Below are positions 34,550 to 44,324 of a stretch of 64,000 nt of DNA, one piece after another. A model generated the notes under the pieces. It was not told the DNA's origin. It saw only the letters and a list, made by a program, of their open reading frames with translations, and made no database searches. Numbering within the stretch: position 1 is the stretch's first letter; each line of letters starts with the position of its first letter. A program made the position numbers and the translations under genes. This stretch comes from a virus: IMG/VR virus record IMGVR_UViG_3300037461_001312, positions 8,037-72,036 of that record, one strand, 5' to 3'.

Positions 34550-35917
34550 CTATACGTACCTTCCTATCGCCGTCTTGAACGTACCAGTCCACACCGCCGT
34601 GCCCTTCACGACCCGGATCTCCGTCATCCAGCCGGCCAGGTCGTAGTTGTCCGTGCGCAGCAGCAGCTTCGTGTTGGCGTCCGGCACCGACCCGCCTGTG
34701 GGTACCGAGAACGAGACTGTATCAGCTGTAACCGAAAACACGTTGGATGCGCTGATGCGAATCTCGTCCATGGACCCATCGAAATACGATACTCCATTCC
34801 CATTAGACCCGAAAGTGAGGCTGCCTGTCAGCGTGTCCGTGCTGGTGTCGGTGGTGGATGCTATCCGCGTCCCGTCCTTGTACAATCCGTAGTAATTTCC
34901 CACCTTGCACAAAGCTATGTGGTGCCAGTCGCTGTCGTCTATTTCCCCAGCGAATCCCGTGTCTATGATGATCGGGCCTCCGTCCACGTGATACTGCCTA
35001 AAGACCAGACCGGACGTGTGCACGTGGTATATTCCCCACCACTCTCCAGCCCCTTCATACTGGATCACCAAGTACTCGGTACCCGCGTGATCATCGAACA
35101 ACACCCAAAAGTCTATGGTGTAGTTGGTGCTGGAGGACAGCTCCCAGTCCGCGCTATCCGCAAAGCTGATGTCGTCGTCGGTGCCGTCAAATCTCAGCGC
35201 CTTTGTCCCGAACTTGTAGGCAACCGCGCTCATAGCCGTGTCACTACCAATAGTTGCCGCGTGCGCACTGCTGCTGAAGTCGTACACGTCCGTGGTCGCC
35301 AGCCCGCCGCCGAATCTGGCCGCCCCATTCAGGTTCGGCATCGTCACGTCCGCCGTGAACGTGTGCACCGCAGTGCCGTTGACGCATATGGCCCAGGCGG
35401 TGGCCACCCCGCCCCAGCCCCGGATGAGGGCCACGTGGTACCAGGTGCTCACTGCCGGGGCCCATGTGCCGTACTCGTTGATCAGGCTGACGCTGCCGCT
35501 CACCACCTGCAGGCAGATCTTGTCCAGGTCGTGGTCCACGAAGAACCAGACGCGGTCGTCGTTGGCCCCGGCCTGGTAGTAGAACGTGTGGATGCCCGTG
35601 ACCGCGCTGAACCGCACCCAGAACTCTATGGTCAGGTTGCCCGTGCCGAAGTCCCAGTCCGCGTGGTCATTTATCGTAATATAGTCCCCGTTCCCGTCGA
35701 ACAGGATGCTGGACTTCCCGAGGTGCGACACGTACTGTGCCGTGTCGTGCTGGGCATTGGTGCCACCGTTCCCTGGGCTGTGGGTGCCAACAGAGTCGGC
35801 GAATGTCGTGCTCGCATCCGCCGCGTCGGAATGCACCAGCAGCTTGCAGTTCGCTCCCTTCTTCAGGGTGTTGAACCTCCCCGCATCGCCCCAGACATTG
35901 ATGGATCCTACGCCCAT
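34550..35917 (-). CDS. Tail protein with two LamG/ConA-like lectin domains
   Basis: Repeated FDG..D.I, TIEFWV/TIDFWV, WYHVAL/WHHIAL, MDEIRIS/MTEIRVV motifs. Confidence 0.85.
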   Translation of the reverse strand: MGVGSINVWGDAGRFNTLKKGANCKLLVHSDAADASTTFADSVGTHSPGNGGTNAQHDTAQYVSHLGKSSILFDGNGDYITINDHADWDFGTGNLTIEFWVRFSAVTGIHTFYYQAGANDDRVWFFVDHDLDKICLQVVSGSVSLINEYGTWAPAVSTWYHVALIRGWGGVATAWAICVNGTAVHTFTADVTMPNLNGAARFGGGLATTDVYDFSSSAHAATIGSDTAMSAVAYKFGTKALRFDGTDDDISFADSADWELSSSTNYTIDFWVLFDDHAGTEYLVIQYEGAGEWWGIYHVHTSGLVFRQYHVDGGPIIIDTGFAGEIDDSDWHHIALCKVGNYYGLYKDGTRIASTTDTSTDTLTGSLTFGSNGNGVSYFDGSMDEIRISASNVFSVTADTVSFSVPTGGSVPDANTKLLLRTDNYDLAGWMTEIRVVKGTAVWTGTFKTAIGRYV

Positions 35918-35933
35918 AGACTGCTCCCTTCCT

Positions 35934-36611
35934 CTACCACGCTACGACCGTGTTCGTCATGCGGTACTGTATCGCCACGCCGAACAGCCACGCGTCGTAT
36001 CCCATGTCGTCCGTGCCCCCTGTGTTGCGGGAGATCTTGAAGTAGACCAGGTCCCCCAGCCCCGGGGTGCCGTTGACGGTGACCGCAGGGGTAGCCGATG
36101 TCACGTGCATCTCCAGGTTCTTGTCCGTGAGCACCACGTCCGAGATCACCTCTCCCGTGTCCGTGAACTCCGTCGTGTCGATGTTGTCGTCGTTGGACAG
36201 GGATATCGCCTGGATCTGCCACTCCACGGTGTTGCCCGCAGAGCAGGCCGAGCTGCCCGGGGCCCAGTAGAACTTCGCCTTCAGCGTGCTGCGGTCCCAG
36301 TTCTCCGGCATGGTGATGCTGAAGCCAACGTACTCCTCCGGCGTCGTGTCGAAGGCGTAGTAATTGAGCAACACGTCGTCGCTGGTGGCGTACTCCGTAC
36401 TCCCCCCCTCCGCGCCCGCAGTGGTCAGCGCGGTCATGGCCGTCGCAGGGACCCAGATGATGTTGTACTCCGGGGCCCGCTTGTCCATGGTGTTCAGGTC
36501 CGTGATGACCCCGTCTATGTTCAAATCCGTGTAATTGATGGCCTCGTAGATCGTGTTCCCGCTCGGGGCACCGGAGGTGATCGTGAGGCTGTTCGCTTTG
36601 GTGAATGCCAT
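35934..36611 (-). CDS. Putative tail/virion structural protein
   Basis: Thr/Gly/Asp-rich beta-sandwich-like sequence in the tail module. Confidence 0.6.
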   Translation of the reverse strand: MAFTKANSLTITSGAPSGNTIYEAINYTDLNIDGVITDLNTMDKRAPEYNIIWVPATAMTALTTAGAEGGSTEYATSDDVLLNYYAFDTTPEEYVGFSITMPENWDRSTLKAKFYWAPGSSACSAGNTVEWQIQAISLSNDDNIDTTEFTDTGEVISDVVLTDKNLEMHVTSATPAVTVNGTPGLGDLVYFKISRNTGGTDDMGYDAWLFGVAIQYRMTNTVVAW

Positions 36612-36612
36612 G

Positions 36613-38730
36613 CTATGCCCTCCTGCTTGATGATATCTCCGCCACGAGGCGCTCCACCATGAAGGCCCCGCTGGTCAACGCGATGTCGAACTGGAACGAC
36701 TCCGTCGGCTGGTTGTAGTCCCCCTTCTTCTCCTCGTACAGCGTCTCGGGCCAGACATACATCTCGTCGTTTCCGCCTGCTCTGGTGTCGTACACATACA
36801 CCGGTGTCATCCCTATGCTGGTGTACACGCTGCCTACCGTGCCGGACCAGGAGTAGGTGGAGCCGGACTTGTAGGAGGAGAACGCGTACATGTAGTTCAT
36901 CGTCTCTGCCCCACAGGCGATCGACTGGCTGTAGTACCTCGTGGCCATCGTGCTGTTGTACACGTTCATGGTCAGGGTGCTGGCAGAGTAGTCCCGGATC
37001 ATCTCTACGACGTACTCTGTCGCCTCAGAGCCGATATACCACAGCTGGTCCGACGGGGAGCCACCGACGGACACGTAGTCCCCGCTGATCACCACCCCGG
37101 TATCGGCCACCGCGGTCAGCTTCACGTAATATGTCGCATACTTATTGGTAATGGCCGAGGCATACAGGTCGTCCACGTAGTTCGACAGGCCCCAGGCGTA
37201 CACGACGCTGTTGTTCACGGACGCGGCATTCATGTTGACGGAGAACCGCACGCTGAAGTCTCCACTGAACGGCGTCGCGGTGTAGTCGTAGTACACGTAG
37301 GACTCCGTCGTGCCCAGGCACGCAGCGGCCGTGATGGTGCTGCTGGCGCCCGTGAGCACTCCCGGCGTGTCCACCTCGGTGTAGGTGGCCAGGTCCGTAA
37401 TCGCCGCGTCCTGTGTGTTGTACACATACATCTGAGGCGCGGAAGTGGTCAGCGTCCCCCAAGTCGTAGCGGTCTGCCCGTAGTCCGTGTTGACCTTCAG
37501 GGTCCCGCTGCCAGCTGCCAGGGTGGTCCATATCAGGCGCGGGGACTTCAGCACCATCTCCCGGACGCCCTTGGCGAACATCTTCGTGGTGAGCCTGGAG
37601 GTGTACGCCCCGGACGTGTCCGCATAGGCCATGGAGGTGTAGTCGTACTTGTAGATGTACCCGTCGTCGCACCCGAGGTACATGTAGTCGCCTACCGGGT
37701 CGTAGTACGCGCAGTAGACCTTGCGGGACCCGAAGGTGAACCTCGTCCACGCGTTCAGATGGTAATGGTACACGAACATCGAGCTGTTCTTCGGGTCCGG
37801 GACGAACCAGATCTGGGCATCGCGCGGGTAGTGTGTGCCGAAGCAGTCCACCGACGCGTCGAACGCATTGGACAGCTTCAGCCCCGGGTTCTGGTCGTAC
37901 AGGATATTGCCGTACGTGTCGGTGCCCACCAGGGCGGACACGCAGTGCTCCTCCATGACGAAGACGCGGCCAAGCACGTGGACGGCTCCGGCGTGGGACC
38001 GCACCGAGTGACCGTCAGCAGCGAGCTTGTGAAGAGGGGTATCGTAGTCCAGCGAGGTGGCGTAGTACGTCTTCAGCCCGCCATAGCCCCGCTTGAATAT
38101 TATAAATGTCCCCTCGAAGGCCTCCAGGATGCCAACGACGCTGGTGTCGTCCAGGTATCCCACGTCGCCATAGTCGGTCGCGGTCCATATCGAGTCGTCG
38201 AAGTAGTTACACTGCTGCAGCCGGTCCACGTTGTCCTCGTCCCCGGAGGTCACCAGGCGGCTCACCTGCTGGAACACGTACGACGCCTTGGGGGCCCCGG
38301 TCACGTTCGCTATGGCCTGCGGCGTGGTGCCGGAGATGGAGATGTACTGCAGAAGAGCACCAGAAGCCACGATCAGCTTGTCGTTGAACGGGCAGAAGCA
38401 GGGGCGGGAGGAGCCGTTGAGTTCCCCCAGAGGCTGCGGGTCCTTGCTAGAGTCCAGGTAGTAGATCTTCCTGTCCGTCGTGGCCAGTATCCACTTCCCC
38501 TTCCAGTAGTGCATGTTGTACACTATGCCCGGGGCAGCGGTGTTGGAGTACTTGATGATGGGGTATCTCGTCCGCAGCCTGCCGCTGGTGCGGTCCATGA
38601 ACATGTTGTAGATCGCCGTGCACTCGTTGTCCGCGATCTGCGTCGGCGGGATGCCGGAGTTGATCCCGCCCGTGAAGGCGGACAGCTCTATGACCTGGGT
38701 TTCCTGGTGGTCTGTGGCCGTGTAGGGCAT
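36613..38730 (-). CDS. Tail nozzle/stabilization protein (P22 gp10/T7 gp12-like)
   Basis: FTGGIN N-terminus, beta-propeller-like repeats, YHYHLNAWT; position after the adaptor. Confidence 0.75.
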   Translation of the reverse strand: MPYTATDHQETQVIELSAFTGGINSGIPPTQIADNECTAIYNMFMDRTSGRLRTRYPIIKYSNTAAPGIVYNMHYWKGKWILATTDRKIYYLDSSKDPQPLGELNGSSRPCFCPFNDKLIVASGALLQYISISGTTPQAIANVTGAPKASYVFQQVSRLVTSGDEDNVDRLQQCNYFDDSIWTATDYGDVGYLDDTSVVGILEAFEGTFIIFKRGYGGLKTYYATSLDYDTPLHKLAADGHSVRSHAGAVHVLGRVFVMEEHCVSALVGTDTYGNILYDQNPGLKLSNAFDASVDCFGTHYPRDAQIWFVPDPKNSSMFVYHYHLNAWTRFTFGSRKVYCAYYDPVGDYMYLGCDDGYIYKYDYTSMAYADTSGAYTSRLTTKMFAKGVREMVLKSPRLIWTTLAAGSGTLKVNTDYGQTATTWGTLTTSAPQMYVYNTQDAAITDLATYTEVDTPGVLTGASSTITAAACLGTTESYVYYDYTATPFSGDFSVRFSVNMNAASVNNSVVYAWGLSNYVDDLYASAITNKYATYYVKLTAVADTGVVISGDYVSVGGSPSDQLWYIGSEATEYVVEMIRDYSASTLTMNVYNSTMATRYYSQSIACGAETMNYMYAFSSYKSGSTYSWSGTVGSVYTSIGMTPVYVYDTRAGGNDEMYVWPETLYEEKKGDYNQPTESFQFDIALTSGAFMVERLVAEISSSRRA

Positions 38731-38754
38731 CAGTCGTCACTCCACTGTAGTCTA

Positions 38755-39639
38755 TCAGTCATCACTCCCTCGTATCTTGGACTGTCCTCCGCCCGGCTTG
38801 CGGCGTACCCGGTCCTTGATGATGGTGATCACGTCCTGCTCCACTCTCCCCCGCAGCGCTTCCTCCACGCTGACATTGTACTCGTCCCGCAGCAGCGCGA
38901 GCTGCGTCACGTAGCCGCGGACGACCTCGTCGAAGATGCCGTTGTAGGGCAGCGTGTCGGAGGAGGAGGACAGCGCCGACGGCTTGTAGAAATAGAGCCC
39001 GTAGAACACCACCGTCGCCGTGTCCGGGCACGGGCCTATCAGCAGCGACGTGTCTGTCAGGAGGGAGTACACCTCCGGGTCCGTCGCCGTCTCCGTGTAG
39101 TCGCTGGCGTACTCGTCGTACTCCACCTGCTGCAGCTCGTCGTCCGCCGTCCAGGGCTTGACGATGACGAAGGTGTCCGTCGACGGCGTGCCACCGAAAG
39201 CCATGGTGGTAGCAGTCACCGTGCTGCCAACATAGTCGGTCACGTACCTCTGCTGGTCCGCGTAGGTCCCGGAGGTAAGCCGCAGGATCATCCCGTTGTA
39301 CGCGTCATTTGTGCTGCTGGCTGAGGAGTCCAGGGTCAGCGCTGTGGACGACGCGGCGGACGCCAGCGTGCCCGCGTGCTCGTAGGTCCTGGCGTAGAGG
39401 GCATAGAACGAGTTGAAGTCCGTGGGCAGCGTATACTTCGGGGTGTACGCGGTGGACTCCGTCGTGGTCCACTCCTTCATGCCCAAGTCGGACTTGAACC
39501 GGGCCAGCACCGGAGCGATCATGCCGCTAAGACAGCGGTTCATGTAGGCGATCAGCTCATTGGTCCTTGCGGTGGACTCCGACGAGGTGAACTTCAGGTC
39601 GTACCCTACAGACGTGATGATGCTCGCTACTATCGTCAT
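38755..39639 (-). CDS. Head-tail adaptor (gp11/gp4-like) with inserted beta-rich domain
   Basis: LIAYMN...YTLPTDF...IGPCPD pattern; position before the nozzle gene. Confidence 0.7.
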   Translation of the reverse strand: MTIVASIITSVGYDLKFTSSESTARTNELIAYMNRCLSGMIAPVLARFKSDLGMKEWTTTESTAYTPKYTLPTDFNSFYALYARTYEHAGTLASAASSTALTLDSSASSTNDAYNGMILRLTSGTYADQQRYVTDYVGSTVTATTMAFGGTPSTDTFVIVKPWTADDELQQVEYDEYASDYTETATDPEVYSLLTDTSLLIGPCPDTATVVFYGLYFYKPSALSSSSDTLPYNGIFDEVVRGYVTQLALLRDEYNVSVEEALRGRVEQDVITIIKDRVRRKPGGGQSKIRGSDD

Positions 39640-39818
39640 ACGTTATGGCTCCTCTTGCGCATGGGCCGGCGTTTGGTCTCGTCGGAGTCGAGAAAACGCG
39701 GATGGATGTATTTCCCGTTCACGTGCACCATCTCGGACTCATAGAAGCGCAGGCCCGAGACCGCGCAGCGGCGGATGCGGGAGTCGTACTTGTTCAGTCT
39801 ACCGTATCGTCTGGCCAT
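39636..39818 (-). CDS. Small basic hypothetical protein
   Basis: MARRYGRL...CAVSGLRF; ATGA-coupled to the adaptor. Confidence 0.6.
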   Translation of the reverse strand: MARRYGRLNKYDSRIRRCAVSGLRFYESEMVHVNGKYIHPRFLDSDETKRRPMRKRSHNV

Positions 39819-39948
39819 CCGCACACCTCACAGCAATGATCCTGATCTCCGGCGCGTCCGGCGTTGGCAGTGGCTTCTGTGGTCGCCATCCCATACCGGA
39901 GACTATGAACAGAACGAGCACCAGGGCTATGAGCCTGACTATCTGCAT
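39799..39948 (-). CDS. Small signal-peptide protein (49 aa)
   Basis: MQIVRLIALVLVLFIVSGMG-WRPQKP. Confidence 0.45.
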   Translation of the reverse strand: MQIVRLIALVLVLFIVSGMGWRPQKPLPTPDAPEIRIIAVRCADGQTIR

Positions 39949-40343
39949 ACCTGTGTCGCATTGCCCAGCTCCGGCGCATCCGGGACTACGCTCACCCCGC
40001 AGTTGACCGTTACGCTCTTCGCCGCACTCCACCCGTAGGTCAATGCCTTCGTGCCATCAGAGCGTGTCACCTCGACCACCGCCCCGACACGGTACGAGTA
40101 TGTCCCATCTGCCAACCCTGTCACCGTGAGGCTGGTGCATCCTGGGAGACACTGTTGGGCAAGGAGACTCCCGTTCTGCTCCACGACGTAGTATTTGAAC
40201 ACGGGAGACATGGACGCAGGGAACACGCTTGACCTCGGCGTGGGGTCGTCCAGAGATTTCGTGACAGCAATGGTCACATCATGGGCCTGTGCGAATGAGG
40301 CAAAGGCCAGTACCAGGAACACTGTTGCTATTAGCTTTTTCAT
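39939..40343 (-). CDS. Secreted FN3-like protein
   Basis: Signal peptide MKKLIATVFLVLAFASFAQA; FN3-like TGLADGTYSYRVGA...WS. Confidence 0.7.
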   Translation of the reverse strand: MKKLIATVFLVLAFASFAQAHDVTIAVTKSLDDPTPRSSVFPASMSPVFKYYVVEQNGSLLAQQCLPGCTSLTVTGLADGTYSYRVGAVVEVTRSDGTKALTYGWSAAKSVTVNCGVSVVPDAPELGNATQVCR

Positions 40344-40351
40344 AATTCCTC

Positions 40352-42901
40352 CTATCGAAAACTCGTTCCACTCATCGTGCATCCTGTGGCGGATGGGGGT
40401 GTGGTGCCACCTAACTGTGAAGATTGCCACCAGTTTTCAGGGAGTTCAGCCATCCAAACATTCCTAGCACTGCCGCCTGCGGTATCACCAGTTGCGTTCC
40501 ATGATGTAAAAAAATACACCCTTGATCCAGACCTATTTGCAGTAACTTCTCCAACTCCAGAATCTCCATAAGCCCCGCTGTATGTGTGAAATAAATGATA
40601 AAAAAGTGGGGTTGGAGTGTGTGTTGTGTTATTATATCCTATACTCTTTAAATTCAGCATTCCAACTAAACATGCAGACCATCTGTTTGATTTAGTTCTA
40701 TTAGCAGAACTACACGGATAGTGGCTTACTAAGCTCCAACCATTAACCGATGAAGAAAAAGGAGCAGAGAAATATCCATACGAAACATCTTGAGTTCCGT
40801 TCTCTATAGGCCAGGGTCTATACATCAACCTAGTAGCTGATACTCCTACCCCAACATAGCCATAACCGTCTCCACCTATATCAAATCCAGCAGCAACATT
40901 GTTACCAACACTATCTTTTGCTGTGTCCTGATGTGTTGCCCATATATTCAAGTAAGTTACTCCGGTCTTGCTGAAGTCAGATCCCATAGTAGACAGATTG
41001 TAGAAAGCTGCACTGTGAGATGGATAATCTTCACAAGAAGAATAAGGATCGCAGCTACCTCCTATATAAACATATGATCCATCATCTGATGACATTACGT
41101 TGTTAATACTGCCATGTCTACTTACAAGCTCAGCTCTATCTATCTGAGATATAATTGTATTGCTGACGGAATCATAAACAAATACATATTGGTAAGTAGA
41201 ACTATCATAGACCAACCATGTCCAGTATCTTCCATTGGCAGAAGAATCACCTTCATCGGCAGTTCCTATAGACACCATACCAGGGAAATCAGACGAAAAA
41301 TCACGAACAAGAGTTTTCGCTGAATCAGGAGCCGCATCAGTAATATCCACTAGGTACAGTTTCATTCCGTACAGCCAGTAAAATTTATTTGGATCAGTCG
41401 GATGCCATCGAGGTTCACATAATATTTCAGCACCAAGATAACTATAAGCCAATGCAAAAGTTTTCAGCGGTTTAGCAAACGTAGGACTGTTTTTGTTAAC
41501 ATCTACCACAACAAACGAATACCCGCCAGAACTGCCACCCCCTACTACTAATGCTCTAGTCTCATCGCAGTTTTCTGGACTCCAATGCGTATATCTGAGA
41601 ATAGTCGCAGAGGAATAGTCTGAATAATCAGTAAGACGATATAACACAGTATCAAATTTTCCATCACGATAGGCAACACCCCTACTAGGTAATGGGGGAG
41701 GTGTTGCATCAACTTGATATGTCGGGGTAGTACCCCATGCTGGAACATCTTTTATATAAGTATAATTGTCATAAGGATACCCCACACGGTATGAGCTTGT
41801 CACTCTGTAATCTGATACCACAATATCATCATAGGCATACCACGTCTCCAACTCCCCTGCCGGTCTGTAATACGAGTTGTTCCCACCAAATCCAATCGAG
41901 TTCCAACCTAGGTCGGAAGGAGTGCCAGACTTCACCCACTGCATATTGTTGAATGAAAACTGAGCCACCCCGTCAATGTAATATTCCAATACCCCATCCG
42001 CCACATTAGAAGCAGAGTTAAGTTTCAGATGATATTCGTGACAATGGTAATCCCCATCACCGTAGTTTCCTGAAGTTTTCCAGCCCCCGTTTCTAGTTCC
42101 AGAGTCCAAGGTGGCGTAAACATCAGCTTCTCCAGCAACGCCAGCCTTCCAATCACCAGCATCTAAATCACCGACAACAGGAACCCAGTCTGTCCTATTA
42201 GCGTATGGAAATTGTCTAACCCACGCATAATGCCATCTCATTGGGAGTCCACCACTGTCAACATCATCGGATCTTTGGGTGCCGTGTATAAACTTAGGAG
42301 TGTGTTGTTCAACCCCCCCTGTTGTAACCCCACTCCAGTCCGTGAGATGCCTCGCATTGTCAGACAGATACAGGCTGTGATTGTAGTGCGAAACACTAAG
42401 CCATTTTTGTGTATTGTTGCCTTCATAGTAATTGGTATCAAACTTCCTCCACACGGTTATCCAAATATCAGTATATCCCTTACTGGTTAAGGCATCTCCA
42501 AGAAATAGATATAAAGTTCCACTAGACGCATCTCCACTAGAATCGACAGCCGGAACCTCTGAGTAATGCGTTATAGCGTTTCCTGAACCTCCTCTAGCGT
42601 TTGAAGTACCAAGTGTAACGGTATTATAGGTATTTGTTGTCATAAAGGTGCGGTAGTCGTACCAACCAATCCAGCGGGGAATCACTCCAACTGATGTCCT
42701 AGTGGATGGAAAATCTGTCGCCCCGTATGTATAGGCAGTTGGAATATTCCTGATCTCGTTCGGACCGCCAGCATTAGGCTGCGTGATATTCCAAGCAGCA
42801 TCACTATTGAAGTTAGTCTCAAAAATGATGGTCTTGGAATAGCCCAAGGATGAAAACATGAACAAAATAAACAGGGTAACTAAATATATCATCTTTTTCA
42901 T
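40352..42901 (-). CDS. Secreted 849-aa protein: polysaccharide-lyase/ConA-like domain plus beta-propeller
   Basis: Signal peptide MKKMIYLVTLFILFMFSSLGYS; HCHEYHLKLN...DGVLEYYIDG; EPRWHPTDP, DEGDSSANGRY; AT-rich. Confidence 0.7.
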   Translation of the reverse strand: MKKMIYLVTLFILFMFSSLGYSKTIIFETNFNSDAAWNITQPNAGGPNEIRNIPTAYTYGATDFPSTRTSVGVIPRWIGWYDYRTFMTTNTYNTVTLGTSNARGGSGNAITHYSEVPAVDSSGDASSGTLYLFLGDALTSKGYTDIWITVWRKFDTNYYEGNNTQKWLSVSHYNHSLYLSDNARHLTDWSGVTTGGVEQHTPKFIHGTQRSDDVDSGGLPMRWHYAWVRQFPYANRTDWVPVVGDLDAGDWKAGVAGEADVYATLDSGTRNGGWKTSGNYGDGDYHCHEYHLKLNSASNVADGVLEYYIDGVAQFSFNNMQWVKSGTPSDLGWNSIGFGGNNSYYRPAGELETWYAYDDIVVSDYRVTSSYRVGYPYDNYTYIKDVPAWGTTPTYQVDATPPPLPSRGVAYRDGKFDTVLYRLTDYSDYSSATILRYTHWSPENCDETRALVVGGGSSGGYSFVVVDVNKNSPTFAKPLKTFALAYSYLGAEILCEPRWHPTDPNKFYWLYGMKLYLVDITDAAPDSAKTLVRDFSSDFPGMVSIGTADEGDSSANGRYWTWLVYDSSTYQYVFVYDSVSNTIISQIDRAELVSRHGSINNVMSSDDGSYVYIGGSCDPYSSCEDYPSHSAAFYNLSTMGSDFSKTGVTYLNIWATHQDTAKDSVGNNVAAGFDIGGDGYGYVGVGVSATRLMYRPWPIENGTQDVSYGYFSAPFSSSVNGWSLVSHYPCSSANRTKSNRWSACLVGMLNLKSIGYNNTTHTPTPLFYHLFHTYSGAYGDSGVGEVTANRSGSRVYFFTSWNATGDTAGGSARNVWMAELPENWWQSSQLGGTTPPSATGCTMSGTSFR

Positions 42902-42914
42902 ATCTATACTTCCT

Positions 42915-43787
42915 CTACGGGACCCTAGTTACTGGGTATCCAGCAGTATCTTTTATTGCAACAATGTCAATGTACCAATCATTGTTCCTGCTATCATCTA
43001 ACACATGGCCTAGATAGACACCTTTAATACCGGCCGCTGAGAATGTACCTCCATTGACAACCTCAGCACCAACGGCTGTAACCCCGTCTTCCCTGTAAAC
43101 CTTCATCTTGCAGGCGGTGGATGCTTCCCAGTCACCGACTATTTGCAGGTGCTCTCCGGTTCCGAGATATGTGTCAACATCTACTGATCCTATTACTGTA
43201 AGGCTAAATCCATTATGGCAGGATAACCTAAGAGAAGATGCCGTTCCGTCGTGGTATAGATGAATCTGCATCCGCTCAATAGAACTATCATCCACCAAAA
43301 GCACCAAAGCTGACGTTTGAGTATCGGACATACCATCTAATACCCAATCAAGGGAAAACCTAAACCCAAGATTTGCCTTTGTGTCAGCAAGTGTCAGTAG
43401 TAAATTGGCTACAGGAGTTCCATCACTGTCATCATATTTAAGGCAGTTGGTTTCCCCGTTCCAGCCATTGCCGCCGGTGTCCTTAGTTAAAGTGTCTCCT
43501 GTATCAGATTCAGTAGTCCATACATGACCAGCCCCGCCTCCAGTATTTTCTTCGTCGCTACCATCCTTCCATGTGCAGGAAAAGAGAAAACCTGTTTCCT
43601 CTGCCTCACCAGCAGGAGCCGCAGGCACACCCCCGCCCACTATCGCAGGGGAGAGTCGGGCCAGTTGGACGGATTCACTACATTGCTGTGGGAAGGTGTC
43701 AAGGCACTCCTCAGCATACTGCTGCGCCCGTGACTCGCAGGGCGGGACGAAGCACAGAAGGATGAGTAAGCAGATCAGTCGTTTCAT
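42915..43787 (-). CDS. Secreted ConA-like protein
   Basis: Signal peptide MKRLICLLILLCFVPPCESRA; Gly linker, then a beta-sandwich-like sequence. Confidence 0.65.
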   Translation of the reverse strand: MKRLICLLILLCFVPPCESRAQQYAEECLDTFPQQCSESVQLARLSPAIVGGGVPAAPAGEAEETGFLFSCTWKDGSDEENTGGGAGHVWTTESDTGDTLTKDTGGNGWNGETNCLKYDDSDGTPVANLLLTLADTKANLGFRFSLDWVLDGMSDTQTSALVLLVDDSSIERMQIHLYHDGTASSLRLSCHNGFSLTVIGSVDVDTYLGTGEHLQIVGDWEASTACKMKVYREDGVTAVGAEVVNGGTFSAAGIKGVYLGHVLDDSRNNDWYIDIVAIKDTAGYPVTRVP

Positions 43788-43796
43788 GGCAAACCC

Positions 43797-44282
43797 CTAT
43801 GGCAACGTCGCGTTGTTCGCTCCCGTCAGCACCGCCGGACGCATCTTGGCCCAGATGAGTGCGCGGAGCCCCTTGCCCAGTGCAACACCGACATCCTGAG
43901 ACCGGATAGAAAACGAGAAGGTATCCGTGAAGCAGGTGTCTCCAGCATACAGGCCCGTCCCAGTGCCCACACCCGTGCAGCCGTTGTATGGGACACCGAC
44001 CCCGGTGCAGTCCGCAGCGAGCTGTGCCGGGACGTCCTGGCAGGTCCAGGTGCGGTCCACAGTAACGTTTCCTACTCTGGGGATGGGGCCATTGTCAGCC
44101 CCCAGGAAACGATAGGTGACCGTCACAAGTTTGTTGGTGACATCGATGTTGATGTTCCTGAGGTCCAGCTTGGTCGCTGTGGGGACAGCCAGTGATTCCG
44201 GTGAATTCAGGGTAAGGACCTGGGCATAGGACGCCCCGCACAGCGCAGCTACGATGAACAATGACACTATCAGCTTCTTCAT
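43797..44282 (-). CDS. Secreted hypothetical protein
   Basis: Signal peptide MKKLIVSLFIVAALCGASYA (start 44282). Confidence 0.7.
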   Translation of the reverse strand: MKKLIVSLFIVAALCGASYAQVLTLNSPESLAVPTATKLDLRNINIDVTNKLVTVTYRFLGADNGPIPRVGNVTVDRTWTCQDVPAQLAADCTGVGVPYNGCTGVGTGTGLYAGDTCFTDTFSFSIRSQDVGVALGKGLRALIWAKMRPAVLTGANNATLP

Positions 44283-44324
44283 GACTCTATCCTCCGTTGT
44301 TGATCGTTCCCTCATCAATCCGTC

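Noticed and set aside
37759-39324. Plus-strand ORFs opposite the tail and portal genes (also 34508-36040, 59268-60209)
   Set aside because: Same shadow effect; the minus-strand frames carry the recognisable motifs
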